Made by a program: the position numbers and the translations under genes
Assembly (NCBI GenBank): GCA_963823665.1
Contig: CAWGMQ010000011.1
Location: forward strand, 96,001-160,000
DNA length: 64,000 nucleotides
Source: an uncultured Planctomycetota bacterium
GTDB taxonomy: Bacteria > Planctomycetota > Planctomycetia > Isosphaerales > Isosphaeraceae
Direction: 5' to 3'
Shown: piece by piece, positions 11,244 through 22,043 of the stretch
Numbering within the stretch: the stretch's first letter is position 1
How the letters are laid out: every line of letters starts with the position of its first letter
The notes under the pieces: model-generated
Database searches by the model: none
The model's input: the letters and a program-made list of their open reading frames with translations, nothing else
What the model was told of the DNA's origin: nothing

Positions 11244-11266
11244 CTTGTTACAAAACTTGTTACAAA
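11244..11266. promoter_or_regulatory. Direct repeat CTTGTTACAAA x2, candidate regulator site upstream of the HEAT gene
   Basis: 11-bp perfect repeat with 12-bp period; TATACT -10-like box on the minus strand at 11202-11207. Confidence 0.45.
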
Positions 11267-14214
11267 TGCGGGTCCCGAGCCGAAGATCGGTTCTTGCTGT
11301 TGCTGGCAGGGCGCGCATCCGGCATGTGAATGATCACCGCCGGTGAGGGCCAGCGGCGTCTTTCCTTGACAACAGCGTCCGGAGGCTACGCAGCAGACGC
11401 TTGACGCGCGAGAACCGGCGCGCACGGCTACATTCGAGCCGGAAGCTCGCGACCAGCGGATGGACGTCGTGGTCAAAAAGCGCTTTCTCGAAAACTCGCT
11501 CGGCCTGGCGGGCGAATCCGCGATCAATGTATGCCTTGACGACTTGTTCAAAAGGCCAGGCCGGGATGGCTGATGGCGCGTGACAAAGCCTCAAGAGTGC
11601 GGTCTGAGCGGTGAACAGCTCTTCGCGGGCAAGAGCCAAGAGCACTTCGCGAGCGTCACTGAATGCGCCGGGGTGCTGCATCTTGAGTGATGCGAGGGCA
11701 TCTGCGGCGGCCAGTTCGTTATTTTCGAGCTCAAGATCGAAGAGCTTGAGCGCGGGGTAGGCGTAGTCGGGAGCCTTCGAAGTGCGCGGCGGAAATCAAC
11801 TCGCGCACCAGGCACGTCGCCAGACTTCATCCGGGCGTGGCCGCGGTAGGCCGCTGCGGTCGGATCCTCGGGTGCGAGTCGAACCATCGCCTCGGCGGCC
11901 TCGAGGTAATCAACTGGCGTGCCGTGATTGCAGGTCCAGACTGCCAGGTGATGCCAGCCCCAGTAGTAGTCAGGGTCTTCCGCAAGGACGTCTTGCATTC
12001 GTGCCATTGCCCAGGCCACTTCGCCTCGCTCCGCGAGAATCCAGGCCGCGCGGCCGCGCAGACGAAGAGGTGCTTGCTCGCGGCAGATCGCCGGACGGCA
12101 CGCATCTTCGGCTTCGTCCCACCGCCCGGCCTGGGCCAGGGTCTCTGCTTTCAAATCGTATGCCTCCCATCGGTGCGGCTCGAGTGCGATCGTGCGGTCA
12201 AGCGCGGCGAGGCGCTCGGCGCGGTCGGCAGGCTCGCAGAGCGTGTTTGCCAGTCGGAGAAACACGGCGGGGTCGCCCGCGCGAGTTTCCGCGAACACCC
12301 GCGCCAGCTCGACGGGAGCGGAGGGCCGGCCCATCTCGTGCGCCCAGGCGTGCAGCGTGTCCCACGCCCAGTCATCATCGGGCTCGAGCTTGAGCGCCTG
12401 AACCAGGCGCTCGATCGCGTATTCTTTCTCGCCCGAGAGCCAGAGTGCTTCGGCCAGGCATCGGTGGTTGGCGGCGTCGAGAGGCGAATGGCCGATTGCC
12501 TGTTCGAGGACGGAGCGTGCCTCCTGGAGGCGATCCTCGTTCTTGAGGGCTGTGTACAACTGGCGGGACGCCTGGCACCAGCCGGGGCTGATGCGCAGCG
12601 CTCGCCTGATCGCTTCGATTTCGAGGGGGCGTTCCTGGCGGCAGCGACGAACCGTCGCTAGGTCGAGCCAGATTCTCGGCAGCAGCGGGAAGAGCCCGGC
12701 GGCGCGCTCGGCGAGCTCGACAGCCTCATCGAGGCATTTCCGGCGTGAAAGCTCGGCGATCAAGGCCGACCAGGTATGCCACAGGTCGGGTCGGACTTCG
12801 AGCGCCAGTCGAAGAGTGGTCAACAAGTCGTCGCCCTCGAGCACCTCACGCGCACAATTAGCGAAGGCGAGCAGGCCCTCGCCAAAAATCACCTGCTCGG
12901 TGAGCTGGCGGTCGATGAACCGAACGGCTTCAACGCGGGCGGCGCGATTATCGCAGCATTCGATCAGGCCGGAGATCGCGTATTCGTCGTCGGCCGAGCG
13001 TGCGATCGCTTCTCTGAAAGCTTGGCGCGCCAGCTCGCGATGTCCGGCCCGTCGCAGGAGGTCGCCGCGGATGTGGGCTTCGGTTGCGCTTGTCGGATCG
13101 AGCTCGGAAGCGAATTTCATGGCTCTCAGGGCTTCATCGTGGCGCCCCTGCCGTGAAAGGATGATGGCGAGCTCGCGCTGGCCCCAGGCATCGGCGGGCT
13201 GCATCTCGAGAAGATTGCGGACGGCAAGCTCGGCGACGGCGGGTTCCTCGGTGCGCAACCATTCGATGCGGGTTTGATGCAATGGGAGGTTGTGGGGAAA
13301 CCGCTCGCAAGCCAGGGCCAGATGATCGAGGGCGGCAACCCGGCTGGTCGTCTCGGCGAGCAGCCGAGCGGCGGCGCGGTTGGCGTCGACCGCCCAGGGC
13401 TCGGTTTCGAGCACGTGCTGCCATAGCTCGAGTGCGCCGGGCAGGTCGCCGCGCATGGACGCGAGCTGCGCCTCGGTGCGCACCCAATCGCCGGGCCGGC
13501 AGTGGCCCTCAGCCCCGTCTAGAAGCTCGCCGGCCTTCTGGAACTCGCCGTTGCCCGCGTAGGACCGGGCAAGGAAGAGAAGCAGGTCGCCGTCACCGGG
13601 GCGCGCACGCACGGCTTCCTCGAGCACACCGAAGGCCTCGGGACGCCGCTCGAGCTCGGAAAGTGCCCAGAACAGGGTGCGAGCGGGCGAGGCCGAGCGC
13701 GCGATGAATCGACGAAATCGACCCTCCAGGAAGCGCAGCGTTTCTTGCTCCCGATGCAAGTGTCGTGCTGCAATCCAGTAGCTGCGTGCCAGCGCCTCGT
13801 CCTTGTCGTCGAGGCAGGCGGCGAAACGGTAGAGCTCGAGTGCTTCGTTCCAGTGACGCTGGCCCCACCGGGCTTCGGCCAGGACCCAGATGCTGATTGC
13901 GTCGAACGGGCGCACCCGCAGCACATGCTCGATGAGCGACTCTGTTGCCGAAAGCTCGCGAGCGTCGACCTGGAGCTCGCGGGCATACTCCCGGCGCAAG
14001 ATCGGGTCGGCGCCCGATTTGCTGCAGAGCTCGCGATAGCAGGCCAAACGGGCGTCGCGACGACCTGAGACGCGCAGGAGTGCCAGTTGAGCAAGTCGAA
14101 GGTTCGTGTCATCGGGATAGAGCTCGAGCAGCTCCTCCACCGCGCGGAGCATTCCGGCGGAGTCTGCGTCATAATGCGCCAGGGCCTGACGCGCCTTGAG
14201 CTCGAGGCGATGGC

Positions 14215-15779
14215 CTTTGTCCTTACCATCATTTTCTGGTGGTCATAGGTGCGATTCCCCGGCCTTTTCCCGGCTTTTCTCGCTTCGCACCTGGTAATAT
14301 CAAGCCAAGCCACACGCTGAGGTGGGGGGGAGGGATCGCGTTTCAACCGCCGGAGCCTCGGATGGACGCCTTTCTTTCAGATGCGCAGACTTGGGCCATG
14401 ACCCAATTCGCCACCACTGATCTTCATGACGAACGCCGTACCAAACGACTCGTTCTGTTGGCAACGCAGATCGCCGCAGATCCGTCCGGGAGTTTTCCTC
14501 AGCAAACCGAATCCTGGAATGATCTGAGGGCCGCATACAATTTCTTCGATTGTGAGGACGTCACCTTTCAAGCGATCGCCAGTCACCATTGGGAGCTTAC
14601 CAAGAAGACAGCAGGTGAGCGTCAATTGATCATCGCAGACACGACCGAAATCGATTACGGGCCGTGCCGACAGGTCACAGGTCTTTCGCCGGTTGGTTCG
14701 GGTATCGGACAAGGCTTTCACCTTCACTCGGGTTTGATGGTTTCCCCCGAAGACGACCGGGTTCACGGCTTGGCCGGACAACTGATCTATCATCGTCAGC
14801 GCGTTCGTAAGGGGGAGACGCGGACCGAACGGTTGCAGCGTGACGATCGCGAATCACAGATCTGGGGTGATCTTGTCATCCAAATGGGATCCCCGCCGTC
14901 GGGAACCTCCTGGATTCACGTAGTTGATCGTGGCGCCGACGACTTTGAGTTTTTCTATCACTGCCAGCAGACAGAAACCGAATGGGTGGCGCGAGCCAAG
15001 AGCCTGATCCGGATCATTATCACGCCGGAGAGCGGGGAAACGCCGCTGAAAGCCTACTTAGGGACCCTGCCGCGGGCTGGATGTTACACGCTCAATCTGC
15101 GGGCTCGCCCCAAAGCACCGGCTCGGACGGCCAAGCTGGTGGTCGCCATCGGGGCCTTACGGATGCCGACGCCGAAACTCAAAAGCCCATTTCTGAAGCA
15201 GGTCAAGCCCGCGGCGATCCCCATGTGGGTCGTCTGGGTGCGCGAGGTAGATGCTCCCGACGGAGTGGAGGCGATCGAGTGGGTGCTTTACACTTCTTTG
15301 CTGGTGGAGGATTTTGAAGATGCTATGGCGATCGTGGGGTACTACGGGAAGAGGTGGCTAATCGAGGAGTGGCACAAGGTCCTGAAAACAGGCTTTCAAG
15401 TAGAACGTCGCCAGCTCAAGACGTGCGATCGTCTCGAAGCCATGATGGGATTGATGTCTGTGGAAGCACTGCGGTTGTTCCAGTTGAAGGGAATGGCGCG
15501 GACAGCTCCCGAGCAGCCTGCGACCGAGGTGGTACCGCCCAAATACGTGATGATGCTGAAGGTGGTGCGCAGATTGGCGCCCACGACAATATTAACTGCG
15601 GGAGGATTTTTTCGGGAGTTGGCCAAGCTGGGAGGGTTCCTGGGCCGCCGCCACGATGGGGAGCCAGGTTGGATGACGATCTGGCGGGGTTGGGACAAGC
15701 TGCAGATCATGATCCGGGGCGCCGAGGCTATCATCGACGTATCTTCATCGGTATGATGAAGATGATGGTAAGGACAAAG
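14215..15779 (+). mobile_element. IS4-family (IS50/Tn5-like) insertion sequence, 1565 bp
   Basis: 18-bp perfect terminal inverted repeats CTTTGTCCTTACCATCAT (14215-14232, 15762-15779); 8-bp target duplication GCGATGGC (14207-14214, 15780-15787). Confidence 0.95.
14362..15756 (+). CDS. tnp: IS4-family DDE transposase
   Basis: N-terminal DLHDERRTKRL DNA-binding motif, DTTE, DRGAD, Y..RW.IEEWHKVLK (YREK), C-terminal LGGFLGRRHDGEPGW. Confidence 0.95.
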   Translation: MDAFLSDAQTWAMTQFATTDLHDERRTKRLVLLATQIAADPSGSFPQQTESWNDLRAAYNFFDCEDVTFQAIASHHWELTKKTAGERQLIIADTTEIDYGPCRQVTGLSPVGSGIGQGFHLHSGLMVSPEDDRVHGLAGQLIYHRQRVRKGETRTERLQRDDRESQIWGDLVIQMGSPPSGTSWIHVVDRGADDFEFFYHCQQTETEWVARAKSLIRIIITPESGETPLKAYLGTLPRAGCYTLNLRARPKAPARTAKLVVAIGALRMPTPKLKSPFLKQVKPAAIPMWVVWVREVDAPDGVEAIEWVLYTSLLVEDFEDAMAIVGYYGKRWLIEEWHKVLKTGFQVERRQLKTCDRLEAMMGLMSVEALRLFQLKGMARTAPEQPATEVVPPKYVMMLKVVRRLAPTTILTAGGFFRELAKLGGFLGRRHDGEPGWMTIWRGWDKLQIMIRGAEAIIDVSSSV

Positions 15780-17661
15780 GCGATGGCCCGGGGCGGCGTT
15801 TTCCAGTGATCTGTGTTCTTGTGCGGCCCCTTCTCGATCGTGTTTTTCGAGCGCGATCTGCAATCGATGGAGCTTGTCGTAAAGAGGAGCAGCGGGAAAC
15901 TCGAGCCCGTCGAGCAGTTGAGCGCGATCGCGCGGCACGAGGGCCATCCCGCGCGGGCCGACCGAGCGGTAGCGAGCCAGGAATGGCTCGACGAGCACTT
16001 CCCGGTCGGCGGGGAGTGTCGGGTCGCGGATGAACAGGGTTCCGCGCTTCTCGTCGTAGCCAATCACCGCCTGGAGATGGGCACTCTGGGTTTCAACCGT
16101 CGCCAGTGTGAATGGAACTTCTCGGTCCAAGAGCGCGACGGCTGTTTCCCAGGTGAGGGTGAACTCGCATGTGACGAATCCGTTCCGCTCGGCCCATGCG
16201 CGTTCGCGGTGATTGGGCGTGCCGTCGTAGCAGATCGCATCGGCGACCTCGAGATGATCGGCCTCTTTCCCCCAGTATCGCCCGGTGGCTGCCAGAGTCG
16301 CGGGAGCACAGGTTTGATGATGCTGACGCACGAAGTCGACATCCAGAAGTGCTCGCCGCCTCCCGATTTCGGGGTTCTCGAGCCGGGCGGCGATGGCGAG
16401 GAAGAATGGGTCGCCACTCTCCTTCGCCAGTGCTGCGGCGGTCGAGATTTCTCCGCAGCCGTAGGCGGCGTCACTGCGCCGGCCGAGCAGCCAGCTCCGC
16501 AGGCGGCGCTCGATCAGCGGGGCGCTTGACGCGAAGCGCTCCCAGGTCCGGCGAGCATCCGCATGGCGGCCGAGATCGTCCTCGAGCGTGCCTTGCTGGG
16601 CCAGGAGCAGCGCGCTTTCGATTCGCTCTGATGCGGCGGCCAGGAGCTCAATTGCCTCCGGCTGTCTGTCGAGAAGCTCGAGCAAATGCGCGACCGATTG
16701 GATTCCGGACCGGCACCACGGCTCAATTTCGAGCGATTGTCGCGCCGCGGCCAGGGCGTCGTCATAGCGGTCTTCAAGCTCATAGAGGTCGGCGCGCGCG
16801 ACCAGGAGCCAGGCGCGGCGGGCGCGAGCTGCTCAGCGCGGGCAAGCCATAGCTCGGCGGCGTCGAAATCACGCAGGCGCGCCAACGTAACCGCGTGGGT
16901 TCCCAGCCAGTCGGACCGGATCAGATCCGGAGCTTCGTCGAGCGAACCGACATCCTTCAAGAATCGCCAAGCTCTGAGAGGACCGCGCTGCGCGAGGAAA
17001 TTCCACGCGTGGCAGCAGCATGCGGACGGATCGGTTGGATCGGTGCGCCAAGCGCGATAATGAAGGGCCATACCGAGCCGTGGCGCTCCCAGATGGGGCG
17101 CCAACCGACCCGCGAGCAGCAGCTCGTCCCGACCGCGCCATTGCGAAAGCTCTCCAAACCGGCTCGCGGCCTCGAACGCGCGAAAGCAAGAACCGTCCTC
17201 GTAGAGCGCGCGGATGCGAGCCAGGTCGTCGGCTGGAACCGATGGCAGGCGCTGCTGCGCGAGCATCAACATCGGCGCGCCCTCGCACAGAAAGTCGACA
17301 ATCTCAAACGAAGGCCGGGGCGGGGCTCCGCGAATTCCAATCCTATTATCAGTTGGCACCATTTGGTCACAACGGCCTGGTGGTGAATTATTGACATCTC
17401 AATCGGACCAGACGAGAATGTGTGCTATCGTGCTCGCACGCAAGCGAATCGATGCGACGTTCCACGAGCACGGGGCGCAACCGTAGGCGCGACGTGCCTT
17501 GGCCGGTAAATGAGTGGCTGACGCGTTCTTGGCAATCGCGGGGTCTTAAGCGAAGTGCGCCGATTCGGCAGGCTCCGGATCAAGGTACTGGCTTTGCCGA
17601 GAAAAATGCTTCAAAATGGGCAGATCGCGAAAGGCACGTAATCTCTCGAAGGGCGCGCTCC

Positions 17662-20600
17662 ATGTTGAGATTCACTGACGAACGGTCGACGTTTTGGCGG
17701 CGATGGTTAGCCGGCGTCGTGACGGGTGGAAGCCGGGACAATGTCGCAAATGGAGCACGTCGGAAACGATGTCGCAGAAGCCCCTTAGTGGAATTCGTGG
17801 AGGATCGGGTTCTGTTGAGCGCGTTGGATTTGAGATCGGCGAAGGGCATCGCGGATGCTGAGGTGTTCCAGGCCGAGAAGAGTGCCGTGCTGGTTACGGG
17901 CGTATCCGGAGGCGGTGTCAAGGGGGGGCAAGCCTATTTGAGCGCGACGCTGACTTCGCAAGGAGTTCCGCTGGCTGGAAGAACTGTCTACTTCCAGGTG
18001 AGAGGGGTTCCCGCGGGTAAGGCGATCACCGATGGTGCGGGTGTCGCAATGCGTTACCTGGCCAATCTGAGAAATGTGCCTGTTGGATTTTACGCGCGCG
18101 GCATTGGTGCTGGCTTCGCGGGCAACTCCACCTATAAATCCACAATCTCGCACGGACCGCTGCTTGTCAGCCGCTTGCCGGGAACCATCAGCGGTGTTTC
18201 GGCGAGCGGCGTTTACGGCGGCGTTGCCACAATCGGTGCGACAATGACGTCCCGAGGCGCGGCCGTTGTGGGACAGACAGTTCAGTTCCAGGTCATGGGC
18301 CACGTCGTCGGAACGGCGGTGACCGACAGCCAGGGAATTGCCACACTCGGCGGCGTGAGTTTGGCGGGTTTCAGGGCGGGCGCCACCGCGAACGCGGTCT
18401 CGGCCAGCTTCGTCGGCTCGTTCGCGTTCACGAGCAGCAGTGCGCTGGGCCTTCTCGTCGTTTCGCCGGTTCAACTGGGAGTGAGCGGAATCACGGCCAA
18501 CAACAAAGTCTACGACGGCACGACTCAAGCTTCGCTCAACACGGGAACCGCCGTGCTCGTGGGCGTGATGGCCGGCGATGTCGTGACCCTCGATTCGAGC
18601 GGAGCGACGGGCACGTTCGCGACGAAAGACGTTGGGACCGCAATCCCCGTGACGGTGAGCGGCCTGTCGCTTGCGGGGCCCCAGGCGGGGAACTACGTGG
18701 TGGGGCCGGCGACGACACAGGCAAACATCACGGCGGCACCGCTGACAGTGACCGGCATCACGGCTGAAAACAAGCCATACGACGGCACGACGACCGCCAC
18801 GCTCAACACCGGCGATGCCGCGCTTGTGGGCGTGTTGCGCGGCGACGATGTGACTCTGAACACAAGCCTGGCGGTGGGCTCGTTTGTCTCGCCCGACATC
18901 GGGACTGGCAAGACGGTGCTGATCTCCGGGTTGACGATCTCCGGCGCCCAGGCGGGCGATTACGACCTGATAGAGCCGACGGCGACGGCGGACATCACGG
19001 CCGGTATCGTGACGGTCACCGGAATCACGGCGAACAACAAGATGTACGACGGCACCGCCCTCGCGACGATCAACACCAGCGACGCAACGCTGGACGGTGT
19101 AGCACTGGGCGACGATGTCACGCTGGTCACGACGGGAGCGACGGGCACGTTTACGAGTGCGGACGTCGGTACCGGGATCACCGTGACCATAAGCGGCCTG
19201 TCGCTCACCGGGCCCGATGCGAGCAAGTACACGCTCGTCGGGCCGACGACGACGGCCAACATCACTGCGGTGGCGCTCAACGTGACTGGGATCACGGCGG
19301 AGAACAAGCCGTACGACGGCACGACCGCGGCCATGCTCTCTACGAGCGGTGCGACGCTCGAGGGCGTGTTGCGGACTGACACCGTCACGCTGGTCACGAC
19401 GGGAGCGTCAGGTGCGTTTGCCACGCCCGATGCCGGGATGGGGATCACCGTGACCGTGAGCGGGCTGTCGCTTGCTGGAGCCGATGCAGAGAATTACACA
19501 CTGAACGAGCCGACGACGACGGCGAACATCACTCCCGCGCCGGTGGATGTGAACGGTATCACGGCGGACAACAGGCCGTACGACGGCATGACCGATGCGA
19601 CGCTCGTTACCAGCGGGGCCGTGCTGGTGGGCGTAGTACGGGGTGATAGCGTGACGCTCGATACGAGCGGAGTGACGGGGATGTTTGCGACGCCCGATGT
19701 CGGGACGGAGATCACCGTGACCGTGAGCGGCCTATCGCTTGCTGGAGCCGATGCGGGGAATTACGCCCTGAACGAGCCGACGACGACGGCGAACATCACG
19801 CCGCGAGCGCTCGACGTGACGGGCATCACGGCGGACAACAGGCCGTATGACAGCATGACCGATGCGACGCTCGTTACCAGCGGGGCGACGCTCGAGGGCG
19901 TGGCGGGGAGTGACACCGTGACGCTGGTCACAACCGGAGCGATGGGGATGTTCGCGACGCCGGATGTGGGGACGGGAATCACCGTGATCGTGAGCGGTTT
20001 GTCGATCACTGGAGCCGACGTGCCGAACTACTCCTTGAACGAGCCGACGACGACGGCGAACATCACGCCGGCGCAGCTCGACGTGACGGGCATCACGGCG
20101 GACAACAGGCCGTACGACGGCATGACCGATGCGACGCTCCATACCAGCGCGGCGACGCTCGAGGGCGTGAAGGGGAGTGACACCGTGACGCTCGACACAA
20201 ACGGAGTGTTGGGGACATTTGTCACCAAGGATGCCGGGGTCGGAATTACCGTGAACGTGAGCGGGCTGTCGATCAGCGGTGCCGACGCAGAGAATTACAT
20301 CCTGGTCGAGCCGATGACCACAGCCGACATCACACCCTTGCAGCTCATGGTGACCGGCATCACCGCCAAGGACAGGACGTACGACGGCATGACCGATGCC
20401 ACTCTCGAAACCAGCGGCGCCACGCTCGGGGGGGTGATAGACAGCGATGACGTGACGCTGGACACAAGCGGAGCGATGGGGACATTTGCCACGAAGGATG
20501 TCGGGATGGGGATCACCGTGACGATCGGCGGGTTGTCGCTAACCGGTGCCGACGCGGGAAACTACTCCTTGGTCGAGCCGACGACCACGGCCGACATCTC

Positions 20601-20871
20601 GGCGGTGATGCTCACGGTGACCGGAATCACGGCGGAAGACAAAGTGTACGACGGCACAACCACTGCGACTCTCGACACGAGCGGTGCCATGCTGATGGGT
20701 GTGATAGGCAGTGACGACGTGACTTTGGATGCGAGCGGTGCCGTTGGCACATTCGCAAACGCGGGCCCGGGAACGGGCATCCAGGTGACGATCAGCGGCC
20801 TGGTCATCACCGGAGCGGATTCGGTGAACTACATCTTGGTGCAGCCGATGACGATGGCGAACATCACCTGA
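17662..20871 (+). CDS. Secreted surface protein with Ig-like domains and nine YDG repeats
   Basis: VEFVEDRVLLS planctomycete export-type motif; nine about 89-aa units with (N/D)(K/R)xYD(G/S); start uncertain. Confidence 0.85.
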   Translation: MLRFTDERSTFWRRWLAGVVTGGSRDNVANGARRKRCRRSPLVEFVEDRVLLSALDLRSAKGIADAEVFQAEKSAVLVTGVSGGGVKGGQAYLSATLTSQGVPLAGRTVYFQVRGVPAGKAITDGAGVAMRYLANLRNVPVGFYARGIGAGFAGNSTYKSTISHGPLLVSRLPGTISGVSASGVYGGVATIGATMTSRGAAVVGQTVQFQVMGHVVGTAVTDSQGIATLGGVSLAGFRAGATANAVSASFVGSFAFTSSSALGLLVVSPVQLGVSGITANNKVYDGTTQASLNTGTAVLVGVMAGDVVTLDSSGATGTFATKDVGTAIPVTVSGLSLAGPQAGNYVVGPATTQANITAAPLTVTGITAENKPYDGTTTATLNTGDAALVGVLRGDDVTLNTSLAVGSFVSPDIGTGKTVLISGLTISGAQAGDYDLIEPTATADITAGIVTVTGITANNKMYDGTALATINTSDATLDGVALGDDVTLVTTGATGTFTSADVGTGITVTISGLSLTGPDASKYTLVGPTTTANITAVALNVTGITAENKPYDGTTAAMLSTSGATLEGVLRTDTVTLVTTGASGAFATPDAGMGITVTVSGLSLAGADAENYTLNEPTTTANITPAPVDVNGITADNRPYDGMTDATLVTSGAVLVGVVRGDSVTLDTSGVTGMFATPDVGTEITVTVSGLSLAGADAGNYALNEPTTTANITPRALDVTGITADNRPYDSMTDATLVTSGATLEGVAGSDTVTLVTTGAMGMFATPDVGTGITVIVSGLSITGADVPNYSLNEPTTTANITPAQLDVTGITADNRPYDGMTDATLHTSAATLEGVKGSDTVTLDTNGVLGTFVTKDAGVGITVNVSGLSISGADAENYILVEPMTTADITPLQLMVTGITAKDRTYDGMTDATLETSGATLGGVIDSDDVTLDTSGAMGTFATKDVGMGITVTIGGLSLTGADAGNYSLVEPTTTADISAVMLTVTGITAEDKVYDGTTTATLDTSGAMLMGVIGSDDVTLDASGAVGTFANAGPGTGIQVTISGLVITGADSVNYILVQPMTMANIT
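18475..20868 (+). repeat. Nine intragenic tandem repeats of about 267 bp (YDG domains)
   Basis: Recurring ATCACGGCGGACAACAGGCCGTACGACGGC-like units; units 5-7 are closest to each other. Confidence 0.9.
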
Positions 20872-21026
20872 TCGCGTCGCGCGATGAACTCGCCTTGACC
20901 GTCCGTCGTTCTTAGCCCATAACATGCTCGCTTCCCCTCATCGCGATCATTTCTCGTCTGCGCTTCCCGGGGAAAAGTACTGATCAAATCGATGGTCCAC
21001 CGTGCCTCAAGGATGGGGGAAGGTGC

Positions 21027-21758
21027 ATGTTCGGCAGAAAGAAAACGAACCGGTCGCTGATCAAGCGGCTGTTCTACTACCTCGTGGTGCTGGCCAGCGG
21101 AAGCGGGATTGGCGGGTGGGCCCTCAAGGACCATCCCGCGGTGCAGGCGCTCGTGACTCTGGTGACCGGCGATGCGAGCAAGAATAACCCGAGCGACGTC
21201 GAGAAAGCGCTGGTCGGCGACGTGGCGAACTTGCTCCAGAAGGGGCCGGACTTCACCCAGCCGGGTGTCTATCAAGTCACGATCAACAAGGTCGAGCTGG
21301 CCCAGGCGCTCTTCAAGCCCGGGCATACGGTGGATATCCAGGCGAAGGTGACCCGGCGCGACGCGAGCGGGCAGGATGCTCTGGTGTGGGATTCGCGGAA
21401 CTACGGAGAGCGCCTGGCGGTAGTGGGCAAGGACTCGCTCACCGCAGGCTGGCCCAACCGGCCCTTTCACTTGGATTGGAGCCCCGGCCAGGTTGTCTAC
21501 CTCGAAGTCTACGACCGCAAGAACCCGTTCTTCGCCGCACCCAAGCGGTTCACCCTGTCTTCCAGCAACGGCGCGGCCGATTTTCCGCTCAAATCCGGCG
21601 ACTTTCAGCTTGATTGCCATCAAAGAGTCGACCCGCCTCTCGACCCCCGTCTCACGCATGTCGTGCTCAAAAGCCAGCTCGTCGGCGACCCGAAAAACAC
21701 GGGCAAGGCCCCGTCGCAAGTTGCCGACGATTCTGATCGCCCCATCGTGATCAAGTAA
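21027..21758 (+). CDS. Membrane-anchored hypothetical protein, possibly C2-like beta-sandwich
   Basis: N-terminal basic stretch plus TM helix; YQVTINKVEL...VYLEVYDRK. Confidence 0.65.
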   Translation: MFGRKKTNRSLIKRLFYYLVVLASGSGIGGWALKDHPAVQALVTLVTGDASKNNPSDVEKALVGDVANLLQKGPDFTQPGVYQVTINKVELAQALFKPGHTVDIQAKVTRRDASGQDALVWDSRNYGERLAVVGKDSLTAGWPNRPFHLDWSPGQVVYLEVYDRKNPFFAAPKRFTLSSSNGAADFPLKSGDFQLDCHQRVDPPLDPRLTHVVLKSQLVGDPKNTGKAPSQVADDSDRPIVIK

Positions 21759-21794
21759 CTCACTCTCGAAGGCTAAACGCCAGGAGGCCGCGGC

Positions 21795-22043
21795 GTGACC
21801 ACCCGGCTCTCGTTCGACCGTTTCGAAGGCAAGGGAAAACAGCAGATCGCCGTTCTCGTGGCCGATGACGGCACGACCGTGAACATTCCCAAGCCGTTCC
21901 TTCCCCCCGGCGCGGCGCCCGGCGACGTGCTCACGCTGTCACTCGATCTCGATCCGGGCGCCACGGCCAAGCTCAAGAAAGAGACAAAGAGCGTGCAGGA
22001 CGATCTGGCGACACGCGACCCGGGTGGAGATATCAAGCTGTGA
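21795..22043 (+). CDS. DUF3006 family protein
   Basis: DRFEG...AVL...LPPGAAPGDVL...D..AT pattern. Confidence 0.8.
   Translation: MTTRLSFDRFEGKGKQQIAVLVADDGTTVNIPKPFLPPGAAPGDVLTLSLDLDPGATAKLKKETKSVQDDLATRDPGGDIKL

Larger units (their letters stand above)
11334..17272 (-). pseudogene. Large TPR protein with C39-like cysteine peptidase domain, interrupted by IS4 and by frameshifts
   Basis: Pieces 16514-17362, 15396-16685, 11591-14152, 11334-11681; C39-like RQHHQTCAP...AHLQAVIGYD...IRDP; removing the IS plus one target copy joins ENAAPGHRL-ELKARQALAHYD in frame; frameshifts near 16815, 11775, 11695. Confidence 0.85.

Noticed and set aside
15396..15779. C-terminal extension of the C39/TPR ORF
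   Set aside because: It is read-through into the antisense strand of the IS; the true continuation resumes at about 14206.
18475..20868. Non-coding repeat array or diversity-generating retroelement template
   Set aside because: The repeats are in-frame YDG protein domains; no reverse transcriptase is present and no adenine-specific variation was evident.
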